Below are positions 39,308 to 53,100 of a stretch of DNA of 64,000 nucleotides, in pieces. Origin of the DNA: Camelus ferus (lineage: Eukaryota); contig NC_045697.1 of assembly GCF_009834535.1 (NCBI RefSeq), positions 48,920,001-48,984,000 of the forward strand, read 5' to 3'. Every line of letters starts with the position of its first letter. The stretch's first letter is position 1. Made by a program: the position numbers and the translations under genes. The notes below the pieces were generated by a model that saw nothing but the letters and a program-made list of their open reading frames with translations, was not told where the DNA came from and did not search any database.

Positions 39308-39830
39308 CAGTCAGCCTATCATATCTCAGGGTCAGCCAATCATGGATCAAAAATGTTTGAAAAAATGATTCCAGAAAGTTCCAAAAAGCAAAACTTGAAT
39401 TTTCTGCATGCTGGCAGCTATTTGCAGAGCATTTACATTGTATCAACTATTTATATATCATTTACATTGTATTAGGTGTTACAAATAAATTAGAGGTACT
39501 TTAAAGTATATGAGCGGTACTAGGAGGAAGGTATAGCTCAAGTGGTAGAGCACATGCGTAGCATGCACAAGGTCCTGAGTTTAATCCCCAGTACCTCCTC
39601 TAAAAATAAATAAATAAATAGACCTAATTATCACCTCCCCCCCCCGAAAAAAAAATATGAGAGGTATTAATACAAAATTGTAAATCACCTATACTTCAGT
39701 TAAAAAAACAATATAAATGGTTAACACATAAAAAAGAAAATAAAGTATAAAAGAGAATGTACCTAGGTTCTATGCAAATATAAGAAACTTGAACTTTCAA
39801 GGATTTCAGTATCCAAGGGAAGGTCTGCAT
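39308..39830. mobile_element. Tigger3/MER2-like DNA transposon with nested SINE and L1 tip
   Basis: TTCCAGAAAGTTCCAAAAAGCAAAACTTGAATTT...AGCATTTACATTGTAT...TAGGTTCTATGCAAATA. Confidence 0.75.
39523..39654 (+). mobile_element. tRNA-derived camelid-type SINE (Vic-1-like)
   Basis: GGTATAGCTCAAGTGGTAGAGCACATGCGTAGCATGCACAAGGTCCTG; TSD-like ATATGAGCGGTACTA (39508-39522) and ATATGAGAGGTATTA (39655-39669). Confidence 0.92.
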
Positions 39831-40135
39831 CAGCATTTTTAGTGGCCCCATAGTTGTTAGACATTTTTAGGTTATTTCCCACTTTTTGCTCTTTTCGATA
39901 ATGTATCAGTGAACATTCTTGTACATGCATCTTGGATGATTTTTTCCTGTAGGATAAACCCAGAGTTATATAATTTCTGAGTATGCACATTTTTAAGAGT
40001 TAATACTTGGTGCCTTCCTGGAAAGACTGAACCAATCTGTATTCCCAAAGAAAATGTATGGAATTACTACTACCAAGTGCATGTTATTACTCTTCCTCAT
40101 CTTTGTCAGTCTTAGAGGTTTAAAAAGAAAGCTTT

Positions 40136-40500
40136 TGGTGAAATAAGCCAGACAGAGAAAGACAAATACTGTATGTTTTCACATAGAAGAGGAATCTAAA
40201 AAGTAAAACAAATGAACAAATGTAACAAAACAAAAACAGACTCACAGATATAGAGAACAAACTAGTTACCAGAGGGTAGTATGGTGAGGAGACAAGCAAG
40301 ATAGGTGAGGGGGATTTTTACAAACTATTAGTTATAAAATAAATTAGCTACAAGGAGGTAATATACAGCCCAGAGAACATAGTCAATCTTTTATAATAAT
40401 TTTGTATAAAATGTAATTTATAAACATATTGAATTACTGTTTTGTGCACCTGAAATTAATATAATATTGTGAGTCAACTATACTTCAATCAAAAAAAAAA
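40136..40500 (+). mobile_element. L1 3' end (L1MA-like)
   Basis: GTGAAATAAGCCAGACAGAGAAAGACAAATACTG...GTCAACTATACTTCAATC followed by A10. Confidence 0.88.
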
Positions 40501-41129
40501 TTCTATCTCATATAAATTTTTATTTCTTTAAATACTAGGGAGGATAAACCCTTTTCCTAGATATTCTCCGGCTCCCTGTTATTCTCTTCCTGTGTTTTGT
40601 ACATTCATGTCCTTTGCCAAATTCAGCTTTTGTAGCATTTTTTTCTTATTTATATGTGAGAGTTCTTTTATATTAAGGATCTTACAGCTATTTATCATAT
40701 CATTTCAGTTTATAGAGCTTCTTCCATATAAATATTTTCATTTTTTACATAATCAAATCTATTATCTTTTCTTTCTCTTGTAATTTTTGCTTTTAGTTAC
40801 CATGCTTTCCTTCCTCAAAATGATATAAATATCTGTATTTTATTTTAGTCCTTTTATAAATTTAAGTGTGACATAATAAAGGCCATATATGAAAAACTTA
40901 CACCTAACATCATACTCAATGGTAAAAGACTGAAAGTTTTTTCTCTAAGATCAGGAATCAAACAAAGATGCCCATTTTCACTTCTCCTGTTCAGCATAAT
41001 ATTGGAAGTTCAAGCCAGAGCAAATAGGAAAAAAAAGAAAGAAAGACAAGGCATCCAAACTGGAAATGAGGAAGTAAAATTATCTCTATTTGCACATGAC
41101 TTGATCTTAGATATAGAAAACCCCAAAGG

Positions 41130-41161
<32 letters not shown>

Positions 41162-42331
41162 CTAATAAGTGAATTCATCAAACTTACCAGATACAAAATC
41201 AACATACAAAAAATAGTTTCTATACCTAACAACAATCTGAAAAGGAATTTAAGAAAACAATTCCATTTACAACAACATTAAAAAGAAAAAATACTTAGGA
41301 ATAAACTTAACCAAGGAGGCTAACAACTTGTACATTAAAAACTATAAAACACTGTTGAAAGATTAAAGAAGATATAAGTAAATAGAAAGACAGCCCATAT
41401 TTGTGCATTGGAAGACTTAATATTGTTAAAATGTCAACACTACCCAAAGAGATCTATGCATCGAATATAATCCATATCAAAATCCCAATGACATTTATTG
41501 CAGAAATAGAAAACTCCAACCTAAAATTCATATGGAATCCCAAGGGACCCAAAATAGCCAAAAAAATCTTTAAAAAGAACAAAATTATAGGTCTCATACT
41601 TCTGGATTTCAAAACTTACTACAAAGCTATAGTAATCAAAACAGTGTTGTAGTGGAAAACATATAGACCAATGGAATACAATAGACAGCCTAGAAATAAA
41701 TTCTTACATGTAAGTCAAATAATTTTCTGCAAGGGTGCCAAGGCCATTCAGTGTTCAATTAAAAGACAGTCTTTTTGATATACAGTGTTGATAAAACTGG
41801 ATATCCATGTGCAAAAGTATGAAGTTGGACCCTTACTTTACACTATATACAAAAATTAACTCAAAATGGGTCAAATAATTAAATGTAAGAGCTAAAACTA
41901 TAAAACTCTTAAAATAATATACAAAGGAAAATCCTCATGACATTAATTTTGGTAATATTTCTTGGCTATGACACCAGAAGCATCAGCAACAAAAGAAAAA
42001 ATAGTGTGCTTCATCAAAATTAAAACTTTTGTGCATCAAAGAATGCTATCAACAGGGTGAAAAGGCAACCACAGGATTGGAGAAAATATTTGCAAATCAT
42101 ATATCTGATAAGGAATTAATATCCAGAATATATAAAAAACTATAAAATAACAGCAACTAAACAATCCAATTTAAAAATGAGCAAAGAACTTGAATAGGCA
42201 ATTCTCCAAAGAATGTATATAGATGGCCAAAAAGCTCATGAAAATATACTCAACATTGCTACTCATTAGGGGATGCAATCAAAACCACAATGAGATACCA
42301 CTTCACACCAGCTAGGTGGGCTATTATCTAA

Positions 42332-42413
42332 AAGAAGAAGGAGGAGGAGGAGGAAAGGAAGAAGAAGGAGGAGGAAGAGGAGGAGGAAGGAGAGGAGGAA
42401 GAAAAGAAGAAGA
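42332..42413 (+). repeat. (GAA/GAG)n polypurine tract
   Basis: Read directly; about 80 bp of purines. Confidence 0.95.
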
Positions 42414-42587
42414 ACAGTAGGTCTTGGCAAGGATGTGGAGAAAATGGAATCATTTGTGCATTACTGATGGATAATGCAACTGTGGAAAACAGTATGACAA
42501 TTCCTTCAACAAACAATTAAACATAGAACTACCATGTGATCCATCAATTCCACTTCTAGACATATATCCCCCCAAATTGGAAGAAGG

Positions 42588-42872
42588 TATAATGGCCTAA
42601 TTGTTTGTGTCCCCCTAAAATTCATATCTATGGCTGTATTTGGAGTAAGGAAGTGATTAAGGTTAAATGAGGTCATAAGGGTGGAAACCTGGTCTGATAG
42701 AATCAGTGTGCTAATAAGAAGAGAAACCAGACAGCTCCACCCCAAACCCACCCTACTCCATCCCTTTCTGTAAGCCAAGGAGAGAGCTCTCACCAGAAAC
42801 CGAATCAGCCAGAAACTTGATCTTGGATTTCTAGCCTTCAAGAACTGTGAGAAAATACATTTCTGCAGTTTA
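42588..42872 (+). mobile_element. MaLR LTR fragment (MST/MLT1A-like) inside L1
   Basis: TTGTGTCCCCCTAAAATTCATAT...AAGGTTAAATGAGGTCATAAGGGTGG...GAACTGTGAGAAAATACATTTCTG. Confidence 0.8.
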
Positions 42873-44944
42873 GGACAGAAAGAACTCAAGCAATATTTGT
42901 ACACCTATGTTCATAGCAGCATTATTTACAATAGCCAAAAGGTGGAAACAACCCCACACATGTCTATCAATAAATGAATGGATAAACAAACTACAGTGGA
43001 ATATTACTCAGCCTTAAAAAGGGAAATTCTGACACATGCTACACCATGGATGGACCTTAAAGACATTAATGCTAAATGAAATAAGCCACAGAAGGACAAA
43101 TACTGTATATATTTCCATTTTCCTTGGAGACCCATACTTTTAAATTACTATAGCTTTATAATAAGCATTAATATTTACTAGAGAAATTCTTCACTCATTA
43201 TTTTTACACTTTCTTTTTTTAATGGGCTATTTTTACACTTTGCTGCCAAAAATTATGCCTTTGGGAATTTTTGGAATTTGATAGATTAATCTGAGAAAAA
43301 CTAATATCTTGATAACATTCCATCTTCCCATCCCAAAACATGTTACATTTTCCCATTTAGTCAGGTCTTCTTTTATGTTCCTCAGAAAAGTTTGTAGCGT
43401 TTATCAAAAACTGCTGCACATTTCTAGCTAAGTTAATTCCTAGGTGGTTTTATTTCTTATTACTATTGAAAATTGTACCTACCTCCTTCCCCCTACCCAT
43501 TATTTTTTCTCATTGTTACTGCTTTTCCACAGGGGAGAGCTTGGCTTTTTTTTTTTAAATTATCTTGTACCCAGTAGCCTCACTAAATTATTTTTCTAGT
43601 TATTCTATTATGAACAAGTTTAAACATTTACTTTGTGGAGGATTTTCTTCTCAGAAGAGAATAGAAAGAAAATTGTATTTTTCTAAAGCCCCGCTGGATT
43701 GCTTTCCAATTCTGCTTTCACTATCATACTCCCTTATGAATGATTTGCCCTACCAGCAACCCCAACCACCATCTCCTTTACTCTGTGTCAGTCAGAAGAC
43801 TTTAGAGAAGACACCTGTCAATAGGAAAGTGTGACTTCTACCATTCAAGAACACATATTGAATTAAGTCTGGTGCATGAAAGAGCTAGAGACTATGACAA
43901 AAAAAGATTGTTATTGATTAGTTAATTACACAAATATCCATCATCCTTTTCCACAATGTAGCAGCCACTACACCTCAGCAGCAAGCATGTAAACATGCAC
44001 TGTAGGTCCCTTGGATCTGAGAAAGGCTTGATCAGCAGATACTAGAATGGAGGACAGCGAGGAATTCTGTAGACACTTGAGAAACTCTTCTCCCTCCCCC
44101 TGCCCCTGTGCCCCACGTCAGGGGTTCCCGCTAGAAGTCGGAGAGGACAGCCAGCATAGATACCATGGGGCAGAGGGAGCAAATGGGCATCATCAGCGTC
44201 GGGAGGCTCCTGCTCTCAGGTGGCTCACGCTCCCCACATGGCTTCGCAAAGATGGCCCCTGTGAAATGTTTCCTCACCCCTCACTCCAAAGTGCGCCTTT
44301 TCCTTCTTTATAACCTAACCAGTTCAGCAACTTATCCACTTCTATCACCTCTAAAGTGCTGAGACTTCACTGATTTCCATATCTCAATGAACAAAACTTC
44401 CTCAAACCTGAATTGCCAGCACCCCTGTGCTTCCCTGGTATTAACATTTTTCCCGTTGTAACGTTAAATGCCTACTTGCCTCCAAACTCTACTGAAGAAT
44501 GAAATTCTATCCTTTGCAATTTAGCAAAAAAATTGCCATACTTTACATTATTTTTTTGTCCCAGGACACTGCACCCTCATTTCTCAAAATATGGGCAGAA
44601 TTAACCATAGAGAGTTGAGATCCTGATATCTGACAAGGGAGGCACTCCTCCTTCAGAGAAAATCCTAGAATCCACTGCCAAAGTCCCCTGAACGTCCCAT
44701 AATCTGTCTCATTTCCTAAGTTGTCTTATGAACAATTTCTTAGATTGTCCTGATTCCTAAAATAATTAGGGCTCTGTAATGTTTTTTGAGCTTCATTTTG
44801 GTCATCTTCCTCTACTACTTTAAATTTCAGTTAATTAAATCAATACCGAATACTTAACACGGTGAGGAATAGCTCCTTTGTGACTCTTTTTTACTTTCTA
44901 TCTTTCTCTTTTTTTGTTTCTTCTACTTTTTATTACCAGAATAA

Positions 44945-45550
44945 AAGTGGGGGTTATTTCCTTTATAATTCAACAATTTTTAATATAAATTTGTGCACCC
45001 ATCACTGCAATGTACTTTCAGAACATGTCCATCACCTCAGAAACAATCTTTGTGCCATCTATAGTTACTCTCCATTCCCATCCCTAGCCTTAGGCGACCA
45101 TTAACCTGCTTTCTGTTTCTATAGATCTGCCTGTTCTGGACATCTCACATAAATGGAATTATATAATATGTGTTTTATTGTGTCTGGCTTCTTTAACTGA
45201 GCTCAATATTTTTAAGGTTAATCTATGTTGTTACGTGTATTAGTATTCAGTTCCTTTTTACTGCTAAATAGTACTCTGTCATACGGCTATACCATGTTTC
45301 GTTTAAGCAGTTGACAGGACTTTAGATTTTTTTCCACTTCATGGCTATTGTGAACAATGCGGCTATGAACATCTGAGTTTGTCTTTGTATAGACATATGT
45401 TTTCATTTCTCCTGGGTATATTCTTAGAAGTATAATTGTTGGGTGATATTGTCACTCCATGTTTAGCATTTTAAGGAACTGCCATCTGTTTTTCCAAAGT
45501 GGCTGCACCATTTTACATTCCTACCAGCAATGTATGGAAAGGTATATTTT
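44945..45550 (-). mobile_element. L1MB-like 3' fragment
   Basis: TCTATAGATCTGCCTGTTCTGGACAT...CAAAGTGGCTGCACCATTTTACATTCCTACCAGCAATGTATG. Confidence 0.88.
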
Positions 45551-47029
45551 TAACCTCCATGAAATGACAGCATAAATAGGACAAACCAAGGAATTTTGAC
45601 CAAGAAGAATGCATCTTTCCCCCTGCTTGAGAGATGGAAGGTTAGGAGACGGTTTTCTTCTGTGTGACTTTCTGAGTCTTTTCTGTTCCACAGGCTCCCT
45701 GGAGCTAGAGTGGGCATATATGTGCTCAGCAACCAATGCCATGAGAGTAAAATGAACACTGACTTGCCAAGACCTCCTTCGTTATGATTAAATGCCCCTC
45801 CCTGGGCTCACACACACAAACACAAGTTTTTTAAATGCTTGTTAATTCCCACTAATACGAAGAAGAAAACACTTATCTTCTTTACCTTCTCCTTTTTTGA
45901 TAGAATGTATGTTTATTGCTCTATGATTCAGAGTTCAGACTGCTATAAAAGTGCTTTAATTGAAGGAAGGAACGATGCCTTCTGCATTATTATATTCAAA
46001 TAGGAACATAGAAAAGAGAAGACTAGAAGCATATTTAGTCTCTCTTGAGCTGCCAATTTCATATAGCTGACAACATGAATTATATTACATAAAACCTATT
46101 CATTATTCTATCTATTCAAGATCAAGCTGAGGTTTAAGGCCGACTAATGGCTGTCACATGAGGCTACCGGTTGTCAATCTTCAGTGAACTCAAGCAAAAA
46201 ACAAGGAAATTGGGAATGGACAACAGAGGGAGTCAAAGAATATTCATACTGTGGGGACACAGCTCCAAAAGAAAAGAAGCTTCTTGTATTGAAATTGGCG
46301 GCGGTACAAGTTATACCGGGAAACTGCCGTTCAGTATTGGAAACTTATTCTGTTATTTTGGGGTTTGCTATGGGTTGGAAATTATGTTATATTTTATTGC
46401 TTGCTTAGGTGCTGAACTTCAAGCCACTGCCAGGTTAAACTGTCACACATTTTATGCTAAAAAAAATAGTATGTTGTTCACTTTTTTTCTTGTGCTATGT
46501 TAATAGCATGAATTGAGAAAGAAAAGAAGCAATGTAAATTAAATTCTAGAAAAGAAACAAGGCTCAGTGAGCCCCGCTCCCCCCAAATCAGATATAATTT
46601 TCGCTGTCTGTTCTGCTCAGGGGGGTCACATTTTCCTTAAGCACTAACCTACAGAACCTGTAGAATAAAAGAACCTATGGAACAAAAGAAAGAGTGGATC
46701 CTCCCCTCAGGGGAAGGGAAGTCTCTTGGTGCTGGATTGGTAACAGAAAAAAGAAGTGAGGGTAAAAACTGTGATGCTCATCAATCCATTCAATGGAGAA
46801 GAAAGCAAAAGGCAGGCTCATGTGTGATAGGGAGAAGATGAGGGAGAGAACTGCAGAACATCACGCCTAGGAATGAATTTCTCCTTTTCTTAGCACCCAA
46901 GGAAATGTTAGGTCTAAGAAACCATAGGATTCCTCCATAGCCAAGTGGAAGGAGCATAGGCTTTGGAAACAGATCTAGGTTAGATTTTAGGATCCAGCTT
47001 TCACTTGGTAAGCAGTCCATAGATGATGG

Positions 47030-47420
47030 TTATCTGGGTTTGGGTTTTCCCGGAAGCAGACTCTGCAATGAGAACTCAAATGTGAGGAGTTTCTCTGGGA
47101 AGTGAAGAAAACTGGCAAGGAAGTGGGCAAAGGAGGCAGGGAGAGGCGGGCAGTCCTATTATCAAGTCAGCTGCAACCGTGGGCCCCCTAGGAGTTAGTG
47201 GAAACTGGTGCCTCAGCTAGCCCCTGCAGGGGATGAGAGCTGGGCTCTTCCTCCTCACTGTCATGGGTTGAGGGGTGCTCCAGTGTTGCGAATCCAAGCA
47301 GAGGCAAAATAAAGTCCTTAAGCAAAGAAATGCAGATGCTGACAGTGGGAAGTCAAGCCTTTGTGCACAGCCAAGGAAGGCGAGGGAATGTGGGCTGGCC
47401 GTGCCAGGGTCAGCTCCAGT
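47030..47420 (-). mobile_element. ERVL LTR (LTR16/LTR33-like)
   Basis: GGTTTGGGTTTTCCCGGAAGCAGACTCTG...GAGTTTCTCTGGGAAGTGA. Confidence 0.6.
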
Positions 47421-47654
47421 GGTATAAAAAGAAATAGGAACCCATTCCTTCTTTAGGTGCAGGACCTTGCAGGGACCTTGTTTGCTGTTGTTTCCCCAAT
47501 TCTATCATATTTTAGACACTCAATAAATAATGTGTTAACTGAATGTGTGAGTGGATGCATGAAATAACTTAACTTTCATACTGGCTCCATCATTTGCGAA
47601 AAACCTCTTTTCTCAAATCTGAAGACAAATTGTGTTCTCCAAAAAAAGAATAAA

Positions 47655-47872
47655 GAACCTAACATAGCATATTACTATATATAAAATAGATAAATAACAA
47701 GGACCTATTGTATAGCACAGGGAACTATATTCAATTTCTTGTAATAATATATAATGGAAAAGAATCTGAAAGGAAAATATATGTATATGTATAACTAAAT
47801 CACTTTGCTGTACACCTGAAACTAATATTTTAAATCAACTACACTTCAATAAAAAATTTTAAAAAATAATAA
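47655..47872 (+). mobile_element. Cetartiodactyl-type L1 3' tip
   Basis: AACAAGGACCTATTGTATAGCACAGGGAACTATATTCAAT...CAACTACACTTCAATAAAAA. Confidence 0.9.
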
Positions 47873-48139
47873 TAAGTCATGTTGCTATGACAAAAGCAAC
47901 CCAGGAAATCTTGTTGTCTTGAAGTGAAAAATAACCCAAGAGATCAACAGGTATAGGGTGAAGGGGAAGAATCTCCTCCCAACTAATAAAAAAAAGAATA
48001 TTTACTGTTTATTTGTGCATCATTACGTAAATCACAATGAATTTCGACAGCTGTCTTTTGGAAGGTGGTGTCCTCTTGTAGAGCCAAGAAGTGCCTTAGA
48101 AATGTCTGAGGGAAAGAAGAGAAGATGGCTTTAAGGGTC

Positions 48140-49179
48140 AGCACAATAGTGGTGTGGGGAAAGCTGGACAGCCGCATGTAAATCAGTGAAATTAGAACAC
48201 TCCCTCACACCATACACAAAAATGCACTCAAAATGGCTTAAAGATCTAAATATAAGACAGGACACCATCAAACTCCTAAGAGAGAAGACAGATGAAACAT
48301 AAATCTCTGACATAAATTGTACCAATGTTTTATTAGATCAGTCTCCTGAGGCAATAGAAATAAAAGCAAAAATAAATTAATGGGACCTAATTAAACTTAC
48401 AAGCTTTTTTTTTTTTTTTTGAAGAGTGATTTATTTAGGGTTTTTTTGGAGGAGGAGGTAATTAGGTTTATTTCTTTCTTTATTATGAGAGGAGGGACTG
48501 GGGATTGAATCCAGGACCTCGTGCACGCTAAGCATGCACTCTACCACTTGAGCTACACCGTCCCCCCTTAACTTACAAGCTTTTGCACAGCAAAGGAAAC
48601 CATAAACAAAACAAAAAGACAACTGATGGACTGGGAGAAAATATTTGCAAACAATTCCAGTGACAAGAACTTAATTTCCAAAATATACAAACAGCTCATA
48701 AAGTCAATAACAGAAAAACAAGCAACCCAATCAAAAAATGAGCAGACGACCTAAATAGACATTCTCCAAAGAAGACATACAGATGGCCAATAGGCACATG
48801 AAAAGATGCTCAACATCACTAATTATCAGAGAAATGCAAATCAAAATTACAATGAGGTATCACCTCACCAGTCAGAATGGCCATAATTTAAAAGTCCAAA
48901 ATGATAAATTCTGGACAGGATGTGGAGAAAAGGGAACCCTCCTACACTATTGGTGGAAATGTAAATTGGTGCAGCCACTGTGGAAATCAGCATGGAGGTT
49001 CCTTAAAAAACTAAAAATAGACTTACCCTACGATCCAGCTATCCCACTCCTGGGCATACATCCAGAGAAAACTCTAGTAATTCAAAAAGATACATGCATC
49101 CCAATTCATAGCAGCATTATTTACAATAGCTAAGGCATGGAAGCAACAGATAAATGGATAAAGAAGATGAGAGAGAGAG

Positions 49180-49227
<48 letters not shown>

Positions 49228-49580
49228 TGGAATACTACTCAGCCATAAAAAAGAATGAAATAATGCCATTTGCAGCAACATGGATGGACCTAGAGATTAT
49301 CATACTAAGGGAAGTAAGTCAGAGAAAGACAAATATTATATATCACTCACATGTGGAATCTAAGATATACAAATGAACTTATTTACAAAACTGAAGCAGA
49401 CTCACAGACATAGAAGACAAATTTATGGTTACCGAAGGCGAAAGGGAGAGTTTGGGATTGGCAGATACAAACTACTATATACAAAATAGATAAACAACTA
49501 GGTACTACTGTATAGCACAGGGAGCTATATTCAATATCTTGTAATAGCCTATAATTTAAAAGAATATATATATATATATA
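48140..49580 (+). mobile_element. Relatively young L1 3' fragment with SINE and (CA)n insertions
   Basis: ORFs 48783-49376 give [21 protein letters not shown] and [23 protein letters not shown] (ORF2 C-terminus), followed by 3'UTR. Confidence 0.95.
48409..48567 (-). mobile_element. tRNA-derived camelid-type SINE (Vic-1-like) inside L1
   Basis: Perfect 15-bp TSD AACTTACAAGCTTTT at 48394-48408 and 48570-48584. Confidence 0.95.
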
Positions 49581-49793
49581 TTTTTTTTTTAAACAGTCAG
49601 CACTAAAAATCTCCCACAGTTTAATTACATGCAATCAGCCCATCCCACCATAAGTAGTCGTGTGATACATCCTCCCTCACATCCTGTACTTAAATCCAGT
49701 CCAAGGTCCTTTCCACAGCCTACAAGGTCCTATATGATCTGACCTCTGCCTATCTTACCATTTTGCTGCCATACCACTCCCTCTCCTGCTTAA

Positions 49794-50155
49794 TGTTATA
49801 TACTGAGAATATGTCCCTCTCAAATTCATATGTTGAAACCTATCCCCCAGTGTGATGGTATTTGGAGGTGGGGACTTTGGGTGGTGATTAGGTCATGAGG
49901 GTGGAGCCCTCATTAACAGGATTCATGCCCTTATAGACAAGATCTCACAGAGCTCCCCTGTCCCTCCACTGTGTGAGGACACAGTGAGAAAATGTTATCT
50001 ATGGACCAGGAAGTGGGCCCTCGCTGGATACTGAATCTGCCAGCGACCTGACCTTGGACTTCCCAGCCTTGAGAACTGGGAGAAATAAGTTTCTGTTGTT
50101 TATAAGCCACCCAGTCCATGGGATTCTGTTATAGCAGTCCAGACAGACTAAGATA
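49794..50155 (+). mobile_element. MaLR solo LTR (MLT1A0-like) within an L2 (about 49690-50500)
   Basis: GTGATGGTATTTGGAGGTGGGG...TAGGTCATGAGGGTGGAGCCC...GTTATAGCAGTCCAGACAGACTAAGATA. Confidence 0.88.
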
Positions 50156-53100
50156 CCTACTATACTCCAACCACACTGTCTTTCTTCATGTTTCTGAAAC
50201 ACTCCAAGACTTTCCTGCCTCAGCCTAACTTACAGACCTCTTGTATGTCTGATTTCTTATTTCTCATCCTTCAGGTCTTAGCTCAGATGTCATCTTATCG
50301 GAAAACTCTTTTCCAACCACACTATTTAAAGTCAACCCTGCTCCCCATACTTCACAGACAATGCCACCCTGGAACCTACCTTTTTTTCTCTTAATAACAC
50401 TTACCAACCCTGAAATTATCATTAACAATGTATTTACTGCCAGTTTATTTCTACTGGACTATCAGCTCCATGAGGGTCAGGGTATTATCTGTTCAAGTAG
50501 CAACTGTTGCTCATGATACAGAAAATCAGCCAAACATCACCTCTGTTATGTGAGTTGCTAACTTCTATTCAGTAGTCTGTAACATCATATCATGACTAAG
50601 TTCTGAATGTGTTTTGTCATTTCAAAACACGGTCGTATAACTTAATCCACTGGATACTATAACATCTCCATCAGACAAGAATGCTCCATTTTTAAAGGCG
50701 AGGACACAGATTCAGGAAAGCCAAGTTACCTGCCCGTGGTCGCACAGCCACTTAACACTACGGTAGAAATGAAACTCATTTATTTTCACTCCAATCTCTA
50801 CAGTGTTTGGGATATATGTTTTGCTACACTGGACAGCCTGGTCTAAAATGAAGGCAAAAAAAGATAACATGGAAAAGAAAAAAGATAAATCAATACAGAC
50901 ATACTAAAGAGCATTTAAAAATAAAGAGATTTAAAAATAAAATAAAGATAGATCTCATTAATCTCTAAGGTAAGATGCAGTTCAAAATGGAGAAGGAGAT
51001 AATGAGTAGATGCATTAAAGGCTGAGAAATGAAAATTGCAGTTGACTTAAAAGCAAATTCAGGCTCAGATGCCCAGGACAGAGAGCTCTGCACCTCAGTC
51101 TGCCAAGTTAGAAAAGCCTCCTCTGAAGGCAGGAGATGGAGATACACAAGTTCTCTTTTGTGGGGGTAGTCATTAGAAGAGGGGAAGAAACAGTGCTCAG
51201 GTTTAGCAGAGGGTCTTTGCCTTATTTCGTTTCACTGAGAAGAGCCGGGGATGTCAGAGCATGAGAGATGGGTGGACTCCTGGGATGGTCCAACTAGGAG
51301 AACAATGACTCTGTAGTTCTTTAGATGAAGATGTTCACTGTTTGGAAGTACATCAAAGGGACAGACGTGGAAGAATCTGTGGGTTAGGTAAGATCCAGAA
51401 TGTCCTTTGGGGCTTTATTTTTTCAAAGATTGATAGAAAGTCTCTTATGATGTGTCTCCAATCACATTGTGGGCTCAATGAGACAAACATTTCTTATATC
51501 ATGCTCTCTGTATAGGAGGCAGTGCCTTGGGACTATATTAGCTTTAAAAGAAAGCATGCTACTTGAATGAAAGTTATTACTGACAACATTGATAGGATCA
51601 CATGCTTAGGTTTTGTCTAAAAACAGAGAACACTTTAAGCAAAGTTTAGATAATTTCTTAAAGTTTAAATTAAAAACATGAATTGCCATTTTTCCAATCA
51701 GTTCAATTCAATAGACATTTACCAAACATTAAATATGTGCATGCCATCACTAAATTGAAGGTCAAACTCAACCTACTTACTTTCATTTTTTAAACAGGGT
51801 TTTCTAGTATCATGGCCTTGACATCTTTCTAACAAAGACTTTAAAGAAGATCCTCCTTAATATTCATTTGCCTTTCTCTTCATTAATATGTTTTCATTTT
51901 CATCATTGTTAAGCACAGTTTAAGCACTGTGGACAAGAGACAGAAAAGAAGGAAGGAAAGGAGGGAGGGAGGAAAGAAAGGTCCTTAGCTTCTAGACCAG
52001 CCTAACAGGGAGCTAGGATTCATACAAAATTGTGAATGGCACAACTAGAAAGCAATCATTTCCTCACCAGCTGAGCTTTACACACACACATGCGTGCACA
52101 CACACACACACACACATTTGTTTTTTATGGTAGAAACCATCTTGACAAGTAAATGAACTTTATCATGCTTAAGTTTCCTCTCTGTGTAATAAGGAAGTTG
52201 GATTTGACGATGGCTCAGATTCTTTACAGCTCTAACATCCTATAACTCATTCAACATTTACTGAGCATTTGTTGTGTGTGGAATGAGAAGTATTTTGCCA
52301 GGAGAAACAAGTTATATAGCCTCAGTAAAGCTCATTTCAAAGTGATTACCATTTATTGGCCAAACGCAAACCACTCCCTGTACCAGAAGACGGCATGAAT
52401 AAAGGGGAGATGAGAGGAAGAAAGACTAAGTGCAAATGCAGGACAGAGGGGGATGGAACAATGAGGGACCAAACAAATTAGTTTGAGGACAGCAGAGAGA
52501 TGAGGCTAGCCTGGTATGAAGGGCAAAGAATGTTACAGGAAAGAGTAAGAGAAGTAGGGAGAGAAACTTAGAAGGACAGGCTATTTTAAAAGGTCAGTAA
52601 CAAGCTAGTCTAGCTTGGTTTTGGGAAGGAGATGAAAAAGATGACTTTGGGATGAACGAAATCAACCAACCCATGGTTTTGGGAGAACTGCCTAAAATTC
52701 AATTTCATATTGAACTCAGGGACCGTGGCTCATAACCTTGTAAGATAACCTTTGTTTTAGTGCAGAAGAAATGGGCCAAGAAAGACTGTGCGGCTGCTGT
52801 TGGTGTGTTGCAATCAAGGATCACTGAGGAAGCTAGAAGGCTGTAAGGTGCTCAGGTTGGACAGATGGATATCGAAAATCCAGAATCTCAACACGGTCAT
52901 CCAGACAATTTAAGTATGTTCCAAGTGAGTAATCTAACCTGTGGACTGTTCCTACTTCCAAGGCTGCTCACATGCAGTAAAGCAGTTCATTTCACCCTGA
53001 AATGGCAGGTTGATTGAGATGTTTTGGATGATTCTCTTCAGAGGAGGAATCATGAGGAGGACTCAGGGATTAGCTCCTATCACTAAGGCTAGAAGAACCC

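Larger units (their letters stand above)
40876..43110 (+). mobile_element. L1MA/MB-type ORF2 3' half with (CA)n, GAA/GAG tract and LTR insertions
   Basis: RT-region text (AACATCATACTCAATGGTAAAAGACTGAAAG; TTTGCACATGACTTGATC, a degraded FADD); ORF 41401-41652 [14 protein letters not shown]. Confidence 0.93.

Noticed and set aside
48783..49376. ORFs with strong protein-like content (also 4086-4385, 8358-8540, 41401-41652)
   Set aside because: Frameshifted, truncated L1 ORF2 remnants, not genes.
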